64,000 nucleotides of DNA, from positions 930,001 through 994,000 of the forward strand of contig JAMWBK010000012.1 in NCBI GenBank assembly GCA_029953675.1, written 5' to 3'. Below the pieces are notes generated by a model that saw nothing but the letters and a program-made list of their open reading frames with translations, did not search any database and had not been told where the DNA came from. The position numbers and the translations under genes are program-made. Shown one piece after another: positions 12,877 to 26,085 of the stretch (the stretch's first letter is position 1; each line of letters starts with the position of its first letter). The stretch is from Rhodosorus marinus CCMP1338. Taxonomy: Eukaryota > Plantae > Rhodophyta.

Positions 12877-14124
12877 CCCCAGGATTTTCGCGCGACGATG
12901 CAGCACGTCCTTGTCCCACATCCGCGACCTGTGTGCTCGTCATCACCCCTTAAAAATAACTGTTCGAGTTGGCTCTCCATCCCATCGACCCCCCTTCTAT
13001 TTAATTTAATTTTATTCGAGAATACATAAAAGTTTATTATTTATCACCATACTTTTAGTCCTCCTACATTCATAATTAAACAATACGAATACATTTATAC
13101 ATATATTCAAACATTTTCTCCTTGCTACGACATATCAATTGAATTCATGTATGAATGAATAAAATAAAATATCCGTAAATCTCTCGTTGGACCTCCAACG
13201 TGCGTGTGTCTCCCAGAACACACCCGATTTAAATTTCGAAAACAAAACAAAACAATATGCTTATATAACCCCTCCTATTATTCAACGCGTCTCTGTACAG
13301 TATTCATCATATAGAATTATTTCATTCATATTCGTATCAACCGATTCACTAGATCCCCCCCTCCCAACCTGCACCAACCATTTTCTTGTGAACAAAATTC
13401 ATTTTTGATAGAATTATAGTGAATGGCACAGAAACAGTGCAATGGAAACTTAATCATCTTCAAATTCTTCTCATTACGAAAAAAATCACCGACCATATCA
13501 ATACTTTTCTAACCCCCCCCCCCTCCCTTTCAAACCTTAAAAATGAAATAAAAAGAGTAGGAAATTATTTTTAACCATTTCATTGGTTATCAAAATATCA
13601 GTGAAAATAAGAATAAAATAGTCTAGTTAATAACCATTGGCTAGGCACTTAATCACTATCAGATTTTTCTAGAAAGGGGGAAACGGAATTTTTTTTTGGT
13701 TTTGGTTGTTGTTTTTTGGGCTTGTCGAAGGGTTTCTTTTTAAGGAGGGTCTCAGAGAGCTGAGAACGAGAAAAGTCGTGTGCGAGGATGTGCGCTTCAG
13801 TTGATGTGTGGAGGGGGAAGGGGGGTTTGGTTTTTGTGCAAGGGTTTGTGAAAGTTTTTTTAGAGTTTTTAGAGTGGTCTTGAAGGTTTTTGCAATGCAA
13901 TTTGGGGTTTTGGGACGCTGTCTTGGTTTTGGTTTGCGTTTGGGCATTTTTTTTTTTTGGGTCTGAGGCAGTGAGGATATAAATATGTTGGGGTAGGGTT
14001 GTGTCGATGGTGGCGGACCAATGTAGACAACTGTGTATCAGTGACAGACTGGGGTTGAGAGCAGATTGAGAAAGATTGCTACTGTTGAAGTTGTTTGGGT
14101 AGAAAGACTTTTGTCAGATTTACG

Positions 14125-14424
14125 ATGGCGTTTGTTGGAGGATCAAGTTTCCTTGGTGCCAAGGTTGGACCGGTATCGGCTGTGAGTAAGAGACCGACGG
14201 TGTCAAGAAGCTCAAAGTCTGTAGTGACGATGGTGGCTCAGCATGATGAGGACTACTACAGCCCCACACCTGGGTTCAATATCTTCAATGAGCAGTTGAA
14301 TGGACGTCTGGCTATGGTTGGATTTGGAATTGGTGTTGGCACGGAGATCTTCAACCCACTGCATCCGACGATTGTACAACAAATACAAATTATCATGAGC
14401 AACTTCACTCTAACAATTTCATGA
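14125..14424 (+). CDS. One-helix HLIP/OHP-type protein (copy 4, most divergent)
   Basis: ATG at 14125 (MAFVGGSSFLG..); GFNIFNEQLNGRLAMVGF..PLHPTIVQQ; TATAAAT at 13978-13984. Confidence 0.9.
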   Translation: MAFVGGSSFLGAKVGPVSAVSKRPTVSRSSKSVVTMVAQHDEDYYSPTPGFNIFNEQLNGRLAMVGFGIGVGTEIFNPLHPTIVQQIQIIMSNFTLTIS

Positions 14425-16538
14425 GATTGTGTCTCTGTGAAAATTGACATGACTGCCGCTGGAGAGACCATATACACATTGAACACACATACAGAATAAT
14501 TTTTACCATTCGACGGAGATCCATGGACGCAGACCACCTAATTGATTCTTTATATCGCCTTCATTTTTATATATATAGCGAGTGGAAGAATGATCGAATT
14601 GCAAGTAGACTACCGATAAAAGAAAATTTTATTACAGCTACGAGACCCACCACGAGAAGCGGGCTGGCGTTGGGCTCAGGCTGTCCAACCCGAAAAAGCG
14701 ACAGACCAGGGAACTCGTTTGTGCGGTCGCCATATAGCTCGTGGGACATGAAACTGAAAGTGGCGGAGATATGGAGGAACTGATGACGACGGTTGGAGAA
14801 GAACGCTATGCGAAGAAGACTTTCCTTGGGGAGGCGGTACATGTATTTCAAGATCAGCAGCACTTGATAAGATGCATACAAGCTATAGCGGGGTTGAGTA
14901 CGACGAAATACTTACCTTGGCAGCTGGAACTCTTGATCGATTTCCGTGGTAGGGTATGAAGTCTCGAGCCGTGAATGAAGGGCTTTCGATTCCTGAGACT
15001 AAACTCCCCTACCACCTACCAGGCGGTTGCAACTCAACATCGCAGCAGCCCTCGCTGAATGCTCTGAGAATCCTTACGGGCTGGATTTAACGTTTCCTGC
15101 ATAGTGTTCAAGCTCGTGTTCGGTTTTGTGAGCCGACTCCTAGATTGGCTCGAGCCGAGAATTACGATCAATCGTTTAGTATCTTCGAATTTCTGAGAAG
15201 ACGTCCACCACCCTCGCATGTAGCGTTCATCAGTTCAGGAAAAGCTTCTGGGCAGCCCGTAGAAAGACCTGCTGATTAATGCCGTTCAACGCGTCGAACT
15301 TTACCAGAATATACGTCGGTACATAATCCAGATGATGTTGGAGGGCCTGCTCACAACCGCTGCACACTGATACTGATGTTTCTAGCATTATTGTCTCCGT
15401 GAATCGTGGGTTTCGGGCATTGGAGAACATTACGCGACCAGTGTCGACAACTTGTCTTTGTCGGTAGCTACAGTGCGCAACCGAAAAGAAAGACGATACG
15501 CGGACGTGATGGCCAGGCGTGGATGGCTCAAAAAAGCTTCCAACCTTCGCTGTGGAAAGTTTGCTCAGTGGGAACAGCCTGGCGTGGAAGCCGCTTTGCA
15601 AATGTTTTACTGACCATCCATAAGAGTTGCTGCTAGCATATTTCATGACGTCGCGCCAGTAGTTTGCCAGCCGAGGCGCTCCATCGCCGGGGTGGTTATT
15701 GCATTCTTCGGATTGTAGCACCTAGTTCTTCTCCCGATAAGTCCCCGCGTCGAACAATACTCGCGGACTGCTGGTTTGGCTATGGGCCGGCCGCCCTAGG
15801 CTTGGTTAGTCTTGCTATTCGGCTAACTTACCACCTAGCCCGGATGAAGGCTAAAATCTATGACGTTCTTTGCTTGTCGAGAAGCATCGCCCCGGGACTT
15901 AGATTCCTAACACTTCGATTAGATGAGCCGTCCTAGGAGGAAGATAGTACATGGTTTTTTTGTACTATCTTCGTAGAGTTCGCCAACTTATGTACAAGTT
16001 CGTACTAGAAGGATTGTCCTCGAAAGACAATGTGAGAGATTGTGGAGATGAAGAATGGACACCAGCAACGTAAAAAAAAATTCACGCCAAGGAACAGCAT
16101 CTTGGTTGCTACTTTCCCAAGCCGGTTTTGTGAGACTTTCAACCGACATACGCCCCAACTCAACAATTCCATTTAGGTAGCGGATTGTAAACCTACGGAG
16201 AATGTCGTGAATTCAGGACCAACGCTGTGGCATGGTTTCACTCGTCTTCCTGGTCAACTGTGCGTAATGAACGAAATATGCATATTCAAGAAGTGCTCAT
16301 GGTACAGTACTTGCGTTCGGCATTTGAGCTCGACACATTTGGGTCTGCGGCATGCCGAGAATCCGCATGGTGCACTGCTTGGAGAGTGGTAATTTGTGGA
16401 CGATTCCCTATGATCTTCAAGAGATTGAGTTTCTTCGAGCTAGATGAGAAGTGGCTAAATTTTGATTGTTTTGAGACCGAGTTTTTGGGTGAAAAGACAT
16501 TCGAAATCTCTGGTTTTTATTTGTGACTAAATATAGGT

Positions 16539-16814
16539 TTACTGTCCAAAGATGCTCGTGACCTGCTGAACAATGGTCGGATGATTCGGGTTGAGAACCT
16601 CAGTCGTGAGCCCAATCACGAATCCCATCATCGCCAGACGTCCATTCAGCTGCTCGTTCAGAGCGTTGAACCCGGGCTTGGACTTTCCTGTCTTGTCCTC
16701 AATGCCCATGGATACAACCGTCCTCTTGCTCGTGGTCGATGCCGGCCTCTGGCTGACCGCGGAGACGCCTCCAAATTTCTTTCCAACAAAGCTAGTTCCG
16801 TTCACGAATGCCAT
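16539..16814 (-). CDS. One-helix HLIP/OHP-type protein (copy 5)
   Basis: 91 aa, nearly identical to copies 3 and 6; TATATATA at ~16921-16928. Confidence 0.92.
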   Translation of the reverse strand: MAFVNGTSFVGKKFGGVSAVSQRPASTTSKRTVVSMGIEDKTGKSKPGFNALNEQLNGRLAMMGFVIGLTTEVLNPNHPTIVQQVTSIFGQ

Positions 16815-17683
16815 TCTTCTTCTTCCACTTCATCCAATCCTTCAAAGTTCCTTCACTTCGGGTCTTGGAGTTCGGATCGGAAGGCTCGATGCGGGGAGAG
16901 AAGAAGAGTCAGTCGTTGCGTATATATACCCTTTGGACGATGACCAAACTAGGAAACCAGCCGATTTCCGGGAGCTCAATAAGACATGGGACTACGTCCG
17001 TTAACTTTGTAATGAGGCCATTCTCTTCTACTAGATTGTCAAAATTCACCTCTCACAACTAAACGAGAGGGTGAAAGCGTACCAGTCTGGGGCTTCCATA
17101 TTGTAATTACCGACTGAATGCCTGCTGAAAGCACATGCTACCTACCATGTCATTTCCAGACCAAGAATTTCTTACGCATCCGGACGTCGGACCGGCTTTC
17201 GTATCATCCTACCTCTCCTACCTCACCCAACCTCTTCAAGATCAAAGGACCATAACCCAAGCTCAAATCACCCAACTCCGACCCAACGACCAAACGCAAC
17301 TCAATCAACGGCTGGTCAGATTCTTAACCTATTTTAATTGGCAAAATTTGTAACTGATTTCAATCAGAACGAACCGGTTTCGCAGATAGAAGAAATGATT
17401 GGTATACATATACATGTATTAAATTATAATTAACCACCTAAATCATGTTCTATGCATTTCAATTAAAAGTTTCATCCCTTTTAGTCAGCCACTAAATCCA
17501 GTTCTCGAGGCTGAAAAGATATGCTACAATACTTAATTGGACAATAAATAATTGTATAGCAGTAATAATTACTCATATTTTCATACTGACGGCGATACCG
17601 GATATGATTGGATAAGTTTTGTAAAGTCTTGTAATTATATTTAATATAGTGAGCTTCTGATGAGCCTTGCCGCCAAGCTCTCG

Positions 17684-17985
17684 GAAGGACCGGTCATGAG
17701 GTTGTTCTGTCGATAGCGGCTCGGGATGAAACTGTCAAACGTGTTGCATTCAGATCACCTTTTTTCATCAAGAGACAAGGTGCATTTCCGGAAGTTGGTC
17801 CAAGGACGTAACCTGCGCTATCTTTCGATATTGTGAAGGACGGTCATGAGCATGTTCTGTCGATAGCGGTCCGGATGGAAATGTCAAACGGGGTTTATTC
17901 AAATCACATCTTTTCATCAGGAGACAAGTTGCATTTCCGGAAGTTGGTCCACGGACGTAAGCTGCGTTATCTTTCGAGACTATGA
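17684..17985. repeat. Tandem duplication, two ~151-bp units
   Basis: GAAGGAC..GTCATGAG..TGTTCTGTCGATAGCGG and TGCATTTCCGGAAGTTGGTCCA.GGACGTAA recur starting at 17684 and 17835. Confidence 0.85.
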
Positions 17986-18300
17986 GGACGTGCTTCATTC
18001 GCCGTTATCGACCCACACACACAACTGCATATTGGAGAATGACAATTTTCTTCGGAGGTTGAGTAATGAACAGGTGTTGCGACGCCATGTCTGACATGGC
18101 AGATTTTCGCACCGAGTCATCCAAACGCATGGACGGCTCGCGCAGCTAGCAACGGTGACTTAAACTTGAGTGGCAGTAGCTTGATTCTCTTTTCTCCGTT
18201 AGGGGTGGCTTGCCTTTGAAAGTGTTAGGGTTTCGTGATTTATCAGAGCATTTAATGAGAATTTCCTTGAGATGTTTAGAAATACATGCAAAGTATGAAA

Positions 18301-18576
18301 TTACTGTCCGAACAGGCTTGAAACTTGCTGGACGATGGTCGGGTGGGACGGGCTGAGTATCTCAGTTCCCAGTGCTATCACGAATCCCATCATCGCAAGA
18401 CGTCCGTTCAGCTGCTCGTTTAAGGCGTTGAATCCTGGTTTCGTCTTTCCGGTCTTATCCTCAATTCCCATAGACACAACTGTCCTCTTGCTCATAGTCG
18501 ATGCGGGCTTCCGGCTGACCGCGGAGACGCCTCCGACCTTCTTTCCGACGAAGCTGGTACCATTCACAAACGCCAT
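18301..18576 (-). CDS. One-helix HLIP/OHP-type protein (copy 6)
   Basis: 91 aa, NEQLNGRLAMMGF..PSHPTIVQQV; TATAAAT on the minus strand at 18688-18694. Confidence 0.92.
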   Translation of the reverse strand: MAFVNGTSFVGKKVGGVSAVSRKPASTMSKRTVVSMGIEDKTGKTKPGFNALNEQLNGRLAMMGFVIALGTEILSPSHPTIVQQVSSLFGQ

Positions 18577-21500
18577 TTCTCTTCAGATTTTTGTGATACG
18601 ACGAATTAGCTCAATTGCCTGACCTTTCCCAATGGTTCTATCGCCTAGCTATGAGTGACCAAGACAGTTCCTGTAGGATCCGAACACATTTATACCCTGG
18701 CGCTCAGGTGGTGTTTCTTTTAGCAGACCGACCCCATGGAGACGGAAGAAAGCATCAACCCTCCAGAGCCACTACATTCTACAGCCAACATACCCCAGAC
18801 CTCATTCTGGCCAGATTCTTGGAGATCAACCTCCGACAACATCGTCGTTGGCGGAGAATGACACTGCAAGACTGCGCACATGATCCTACCGCCCCTGTTC
18901 CATCTCGTCCAGATACTCCTCCTGCTCCATTCCATCCAGTATCTGAGGTTCATAGTAAGCCCAAGCAGCAATCTCGTGGCGACAAACGTGACTTGTCGAT
19001 GACATCATGTCTAACCACAAATGCGAAGGGAGTCAAAATCCACCATTAGCATTGTTTCACAGAGTGAACAGCATCGACTTGAAGCACGAATAGTGGTGGA
19101 GGGTTGTTCTTACTGCTTTTAAGCTGCATAAGAAAAGCTAGGCAGCCACTGCCGAGGAGGATGTAAATGAACGCGCGCAGAGAGAGACCAGAATGGCGCA
19201 TTCAACCGCCCTCACAAACCAAATCGAGTCGTTTCTAAACATTTCTGTGAATTACATTGAATTAATATGCGCGTGTTTTAATTCGTCAAAAGAGAACGTA
19301 TCCAATCACAATTGTGCACTCTTTCTATTTTTATAGAATTAATTTAATTTAATAAATTAAATTCAAAATAAATTGTTCAAATTTCGTAATTCAATCTTCA
19401 TTGGCTTAAAATATTATATTTTTGGATATAATAAAGGTAATTTCGTTTTATGTTTGTATCATTGGATATATTCAGTACAACTCACTAATATCTTCATATT
19501 ATTGTCTATTCTATATGTTTAGTCGTGAGAAAAAGATGACTTGCTGAATTGTTTTGTTTAAATTTAAGTTTTGAATAAAAGTTTTTATTTTTTAATTTTT
19601 TCGGTTGGGGAAGGAGTTCGAGGACAGGAATGATTTGGTGTTGGCGAACCAGGTGTGGAGACAATCGAAAGGAGAGAGTAGCCTTTGCTGAGAATGATCC
19701 GTTAGAGACAAGAAATGAATGGTATGAGGGGAGAAACGGATTCATTTAAAAGGTCAATTCGCACGCCTCCAACATGACCGCGCTGTTCGTGTGCCACAAC
19801 CGAAAAACCACAAGACGTTTGTGGGCGGGCGCAGGGTCAGTCTGGGGCCTAGGGGAACACGTCTCAAAGTCAATGGGAGGAAGCGGTTAAAAGAAACCGA
19901 AAGACTCAATAGCCATGGGTAGCAGGTGAGGATCTGAGGAGACCTCACCAGACGTGGTCTCTGCAGGATTACTGGTGTCCCGCGCACAGGGGTTCACGAG
20001 AACCTTGCTAGATGCGCTCTGAGCCAAGTCACCGACATGGAAGACTCTGACCGGCATTCTGCGGTCAGACCTAATGTGATCGACAGATCTTTTTAGCCAC
20101 GAGGTTTTGATCCGGGGACCAACCTGAACGTCTGAATGACAAGTCTGGCCCGATCTCTATCACGCGTCAATGCGTCCGGAGGTTGGCAATTGTGGACAGA
20201 TGCGAAGCTCAGTTCTGAAGCTGGTCATTCGTGGTCTCGATTTACTCCTTCGAAATTCCTGGACGGAAGCTTGGCCGGACTTCAGCATTCTGACAAGGCG
20301 CTTTAGATTATGTTTCTATCCTCTCTGCCCATCGATCGCGCCCACGGAAACGATTCGGACCATTAGCGTTCGAACAGCACTCTTTTCGAAAAGAAAACGC
20401 CTCATGACTTGTATATGGACTTGCCATGAGCCACAGGCTATAATTTCTTCGTGGTCTCAAGTTTGCGAATGAGAAAACCTTTATGGAGCACTCTTCAGGT
20501 CTTTAGAGGTCAGATCTTCAAGGAAAAAAAGCGGTTCTCATGGAAATCACAGAACGGCTTCAAGAGTTGACTGAAGTCCAGATATCTGAGATCGTGCGGA
20601 TGGCTTCCAACCCCCACACAGCTCCCCCCGCCCCCTCCCGTGAACGGTGATAGTCATTCAGTGCCAGATTGTGGTTGATATCGCACAGAGAAAGCTGCAT
20701 CCATCTGACCCTTGGGAATCCATCGGTAGGGGATTTTTCATGGTCAACGATTTGGTAACCGGAAGCCTGCAAGTGGAAGCGATAAACTGGTCTTTCGCTG
20801 ACCAACATAGCCGCGCTTGGGCGGTAATAGATAATGTAACTTTTGATCCTCAGTATGTAGTAAAATCCGTCCAAGTCCGTCAAACTTCTTACTTTTATCT
20901 AGAGTCAGATCAGCAAGCACAACCCTAATCGACGTGCAGTTGTACGGTTGCGAAAATGTTCAGCTACAGCCAGCCCATTCGCGTGCAAAAGTCTTGGTTT
21001 GCTCACCAGCTCTGGAATGTTGGCTCCTGTTTTAAGATCGAGTTTACGGCCTGATGAGGTCGTTGCACCACGGGCAACACCAGTCCATGATATCCGTCGG
21101 CTTACTCGGAACATATGATCGGCATAAATAACGGAGGGTGATTATTCAGTTCCTCGCATCCATCAACCAGATCAGAGCTGTTCTGAGCTTCTCAGCGGTT
21201 CTCCGGCGTGGGGGGGGGAAGCAAATTTTACTCAACTCGTACAGAACACGTACAAAATTGTACTTCGCACTGACCAACCGCCCGAGGAAGATTTACAAGT
21301 CTCCTCCAGACCATTAGGCGAAGAAACGGATCTACCCAAGAACAGCATAGCAAAACAGCAGGCAGCGAAATTGTCCAAGGCGAGTTTCTTCTTCACCAGT
21401 CACAGAGACACTCCGTACCAAGCTTCCGTTCATGTACAAGCCACCTGCAACTCCTCTTGGAAACGGTCGGAACTTGTCCGTCATTCAGGGACGGTTCCAA

Positions 21501-21808
21501 AGAACGCGCTTCACAACACAGCTCCCACATCTCCGTGCTCGATGTCCACAGCCGTCGGTCCATCTTCAAGGCCTCTCACAAGTCACAAGCTGTCCACCAT
21601 CAATGTGGATGATATGACGACGAGAACGAACCAGGCAGAACGTCTCGCAGTTCGATGCCTAGGGCAGTCGACCTGGAAGGTCGAGGTTTGTACGATCACT
21701 TGCAATGCCTGTTTCAATCCATCCAATCTGGGATCACACAAGTTCCCGAGAGATATCTCGCAGCTCAAAGCTTGAGGGCAGTCGATCTGGGAGTTCATTA
21801 GCCCTGAG

Positions 21809-22922
21809 CTACCAGGTATCCTCAACTGAATACCCATACTTTTCTCTATATCTGTTGCTGGCCCTCTTGAACAGCCACTGAAGTAACGGAATGAGTCGCG
21901 GTTTTCTCTTCAGAAACTTTGAGACGCGGTAAAGCAGCATAGACGTCGTAAGGTGGGCACAGATCGAGTAGACAATCGAATGGATCATGAACGAGAGAAT
22001 GATCACAAGTCGAATCTGCGCTTCTGTAGGTCCCATCCAGGTCGATCCAAGAAGTGTACTTCCAAGGCCTTGTAGCAACGTTTCGCCCTATTCCGATCAT
22101 GACGACTGCGGTTGAGATCTAGGTTTTGTGAAGAGACTGGTTGAAAAGATATCTCCTTACCTGTCTGGCGAGGACAGAAAGGACATCTGCGTGATAACAG
22201 AATGAGATTATAGCAATGATCACGCCGAATCCGATCATTTTCGCGAAAACCATTGGAACGATGATGAAGATACTCGGCCAGCGATCCCAGAATCCTCGAC
22301 AGAGGATCAAGGTTGATAGACCCTGGGAGGTGACATAGGAAAGTGCTGAGAACGGACCGAGGGTGAAGTTGACCCAGAAAAGCGTCGCAAAAACAACCAG
22401 TAGACCGTTCCGTGGTCCCCATCGCATCGCAGCAAATACTGCAGGAAACGGATACAACAGCTGAAACCATCCATCAAGTCTCAATACCTTCCCAAGCCTG
22501 CCCAGAACAAAACATATCTTCGTTCTTTACAATCCTGTCGTCTGCTTTTAACCATTTTAGGAAGCTTACCACCAAAATGAGACCGTCATTGCGGTCATCT
22601 GGGCGCTCTCTGTATGTTTAAGAAACTTGAATTGTTCTAAATTATCTCTATCACCGGGTGCTAAATCAATTTCTGTCTCTCTGTACGTTCTTTGGGACAC
22701 CGGGACGTAGTTTCCGCTCCTCACGGCGCGCATCTCAAACTCCCGAACTAGCCCAGGCCAGTCCTCATCACTACCATTAGTGCGGTCTACGTCATCATCC
22801 ATGTACTCAACCATCTCGTGTCCATTCTCCAACATCAGCACACGTCTTCCTCTCCTACCGCAACACCTCACACCCCCCAATCCTCGTCTAAATCCACTGT
22901 TCAACGTTACAAAACCTTCCAT
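21809..22922 (-). CDS. DUF2232-family membrane protein, plastid-targeted, at least 2 introns
   Basis: MEGFVTLNSG.. transit-like start at 22922. Splicing at GTAAGC..CAG and GTAAGG..TAG gives TESAQMTAMTVSFWWLGKVLRLDGWFQLLYPFPAVFAAMRWGPRNG..LGPFSALSY..RQGETLLQGLG, resembling cyanobacterial DUF2232. Confidence 0.7.
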
Positions 22923-24359
22923 ACTTCCAGCTTCTGGGTCTCTCTCAACCTTAAAGGGAGAAGCCACACACTCAGGCAGACTCAGACAAACCCCCTCTCT
23001 TCAAAAGTCACACACATCCTCCGTCTAAACCGTCCTCCGGTTGAGGTGTACTTAGCAATCTCGACCCCACCGACCAGCTCTTCACCCAAATCAAACCTAA
23101 CTCCCCAAGGTTCGCACTAGTTCCTCTCTCCTCCTTTCGCCTTCCTCTCAATGTCTCAGCCTCAATGTCAGCACCCAGGCTTCCTCACCTCAACTCTCTT
23201 GTCCTTGACTTTCCCCAATCTCAAGATCTCATCCTACAATAGCAAAGAAAAAAACCCTCGATCCCAACGAAGCACACCCTGCCGATCACTTATCTTCCTC
23301 CAGAAATGTTCAAATTCCTACCGATCCCGGACAAGAGCTCTCGATCTCAATATCTCATGCCCATTGGAACCCTGTAGAATCACTTTGACCTTGTCAAGTT
23401 CTTCCGCAAGCAGTTTACCAGCACTCTTAAATCTCGATTCAACAGATCAGCGCCTCGCTCAAAGGAGAAAATCTCGAGACTCCAAGCCTCGCAACTCAAT
23501 GTTCCCAGATCTTTCCCTTGCTCTCAATACTTCAGCATCAACAACGTTCCCGACTAACGTTCTCAGTATCAAATACTCTTCTTTCAAAGCCAACATCGAT
23601 ATAACTCTAAACTCCTTTCTCCCCTGCTCGCTTCTTTATCCTTGTCCTTGTCCTTACCTCAATCTCAAGATCTCCTCTTATCACACCAAATACAAACCTC
23701 CAGCTCAACAGAGCTCCACTTGACCTTTCCGTCAACTCTCAATTGATCTCCGACCAAAGCTCTCAATCGATCCCCGGCCAACGCTCTCAATCTCTCAATA
23801 TCTCACCCCAACCCCGTCCAAGAGACCGTACCTAACTCCGATGAGTCCCTCCTGTTCTGCTTTATGTTCGACGTCGATCACGACGGAATTTTAAGCTGCC
23901 GGACCAAGTTCACCTCTCCTCAACTCTCAAGTGATCCCGACGAAGCTCGCAATGTTTGCAATATCTCCGCACCCTCCAGAGAATTTGGTTAAGGCATCAG
24001 GCTCTGTCTACACTCACTCGAGCGAGGGGGATGGGAACAAGGGTGGAGGGTAAAAGCCCGACAAATGTTGGAGGTGTGTAAAGGAAGGGCACTTTGAAGA
24101 GGGAACGTAGCCAGGGGAGGCGGAGGATCATCCAGCGGAGTTTACTGAGCAGATAAGAAAACACTGGAGCATGAAACTCCCTCCCCACTTTGTGTACTGA
24201 AACCCCCGCTTCGTTCCCTCCTGAGCAGCACGGTGGGCTTCTGTTGAGACTGAAGTTACTCCGGAAAGAAGCGTTTTGTCTGTTACATGAATTCGTCGAG
24301 CGTATTATCCCAAAAGGCGGGGAATGCCTTTGTCGACACCAGTGATGACGACTAAAGCT

Positions 24360-24700
24360 CATCTGCAGGAATACGACGAGATGATAGGAGAGCCATTTCA
24401 GCCCTTGGCAGGATCGCCAGCACGAGGACGAGACCCGACATCACGTACGCTGTTGGGCGATGAGGAAAGAGGATGACAAAGCTGAAGCTTGGTGACTATG
24501 AACGAGCCAGGAACATTATGAATTGGCTCCAAGCGGGCACAAGACCCGGTATTGCGTCTAGGTACTAAACCAGCCTTTTCCGGTGGATGCTGATCAAACT
24601 CCAGCGTAATCGGACGATCAAACTAGTGTCACGCTGCAGCTGGCAGCTGCCCAATAAAGGTTACGCCTCCTGGAAGATGTGTTGCGATTCTGTCTAGTAC
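24360..24700 (+). mobile_element. Ty1/Copia RT-RNaseH relic
   Basis: TRPDITYAVG..M..A..IMNWLQAGT followed by VDAD, matching Copia TRPDIxYAV..YLKGT..xDAD. In-frame stops are present. Confidence 0.55.
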
Positions 24701-25999
24701 AGCGCCCAAGATCCGGTTAATCGGAGTCTAGTAAAATTCAGTTGCTTCTGAGGCCTACACTTAAGCTGCAGATTCGAGCCCGAACGTCGGGGGATGATTC
24801 CAGCGACTGAATCATATTAGTGGAGGGCCGGGGTCCCAACTGTTCCTGCCCTTCATTGTGGAAAGGTTTGGTCATCTTGAAAAGTCAAGCAATGCGTGAC
24901 TGGGGAAACGTTTTACTCGCAATCCTGCGGAGTACATGGGACTCCGGTACTCCTACGCAATCTAAGTGCCGATCATGGCGATATTATAGGAGCATGCTCG
25001 CCAAGGCGCGCCACTGCCGCCTGGGCTTGCACGCTTTTGTCCCTAGCACCTAGTTCTCCTTACGCCCTTCGTAGCGCTTATGGCTATGTTAGTACGCTTA
25101 AGTAATGATACTGGAATACGCTGGTCAAGCCCAAGCTGCGGGGTCAAAGGGAAGAGCCTTAATCCAGCGTATTTCCTCAAAAACCTCAAATCTTCATTAA
25201 GCAGGTCACAGAAATGTTTCAAGGTCTCACAGTCCGCTCGGCAAGGCAGCCGATGACCCAAGTGTGTGGCAAAGAGCGCAGCCCATAGTTCAAGCGGTGC
25301 GAGGCATTAAACCTGAAGATCTGCGACTCTATTTTCAAATTCCCTGTTGGCAAATGCAGGAGCTCTTGCGGACGTGCATATCAAGAGGGCCTCTAGCTCC
25401 GCCTGGATATACAAATCAGAGCTACACGGAAACTCAAGATTGGTAAACCTATCTACGCGCCATATGTAAGAAAACAGTGGCGGAACCCGACTCGCTTCAT
25501 CACCCACCCCCACCCTACCCCAGTGCTTGCACTTCGATTTTCACCTTGGGGTTTTTTCTTTCAGGCTCCGATTAAACAAATTCATTCAGTACTTGCACTT
25601 CGAAAGGTCTACACCAAATCGATTAACTCGGCCAGCAATCTGTGCGGGGCCTCAGTGAGCTCGGGAGATTTCGGCGCGCACAAGTTGGCGTCTTGTGGGG
25701 ATGTTAAGGAGGGCTGAACTCGTCGCCTTATGCGGCTGACGGGTTTGCTGTTCCGCTAGTCACAAGCGTACTAGCCACAAGTGTGTGACTACTCACAAAC
25801 CAGTAAACACTAACTAGTAAAATCTACTGGCACTCTCATAGCTACGAAGTGCAACCCAAGAGTTGCCTCTCCGCAGCGCGCGCTTCATAGCCAGCGAGAG
25901 CTCATTCTGCTGATGGCAGGTGCCGTCAGAGTCTAGATGCCCGGTGATCCGGCGAAGATAAGCCATTTTATGAGCTGCAAGTCGTCCATATGTTTGGCG

Positions 26000-26085
26000 C
26001 GCGTCGAAACGCTGCTTTATTGTCGGACGCTCGTCCCCAAGCGTCTTGTTCCTCGCTTCTCAGGGTCGTTTGGCCTCTGAATATA
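26000..26085 (+). mobile_element. Family-1 3' end fragment, degenerate
   Basis: AACGCTGCTTTATTGTCGGACGC..GCGTCTTGTTCCTCGCTTCTCAGGGT..CTCTGAATA. Confidence 0.7.

Noticed and set aside
14520-15940. Broken ORFs with faint transposase or RNaseH-like words (ILADCWFG, FTDH)
   Set aside because: Too short and degenerate to assign a family by eye.
23150-23950. 190-aa Ser/Leu-rich ORF and CTC/ATCTC-rich repeats
   Set aside because: Explained by pyrimidine-rich low-complexity sequence upstream of the DUF2232 gene; no protein motifs.
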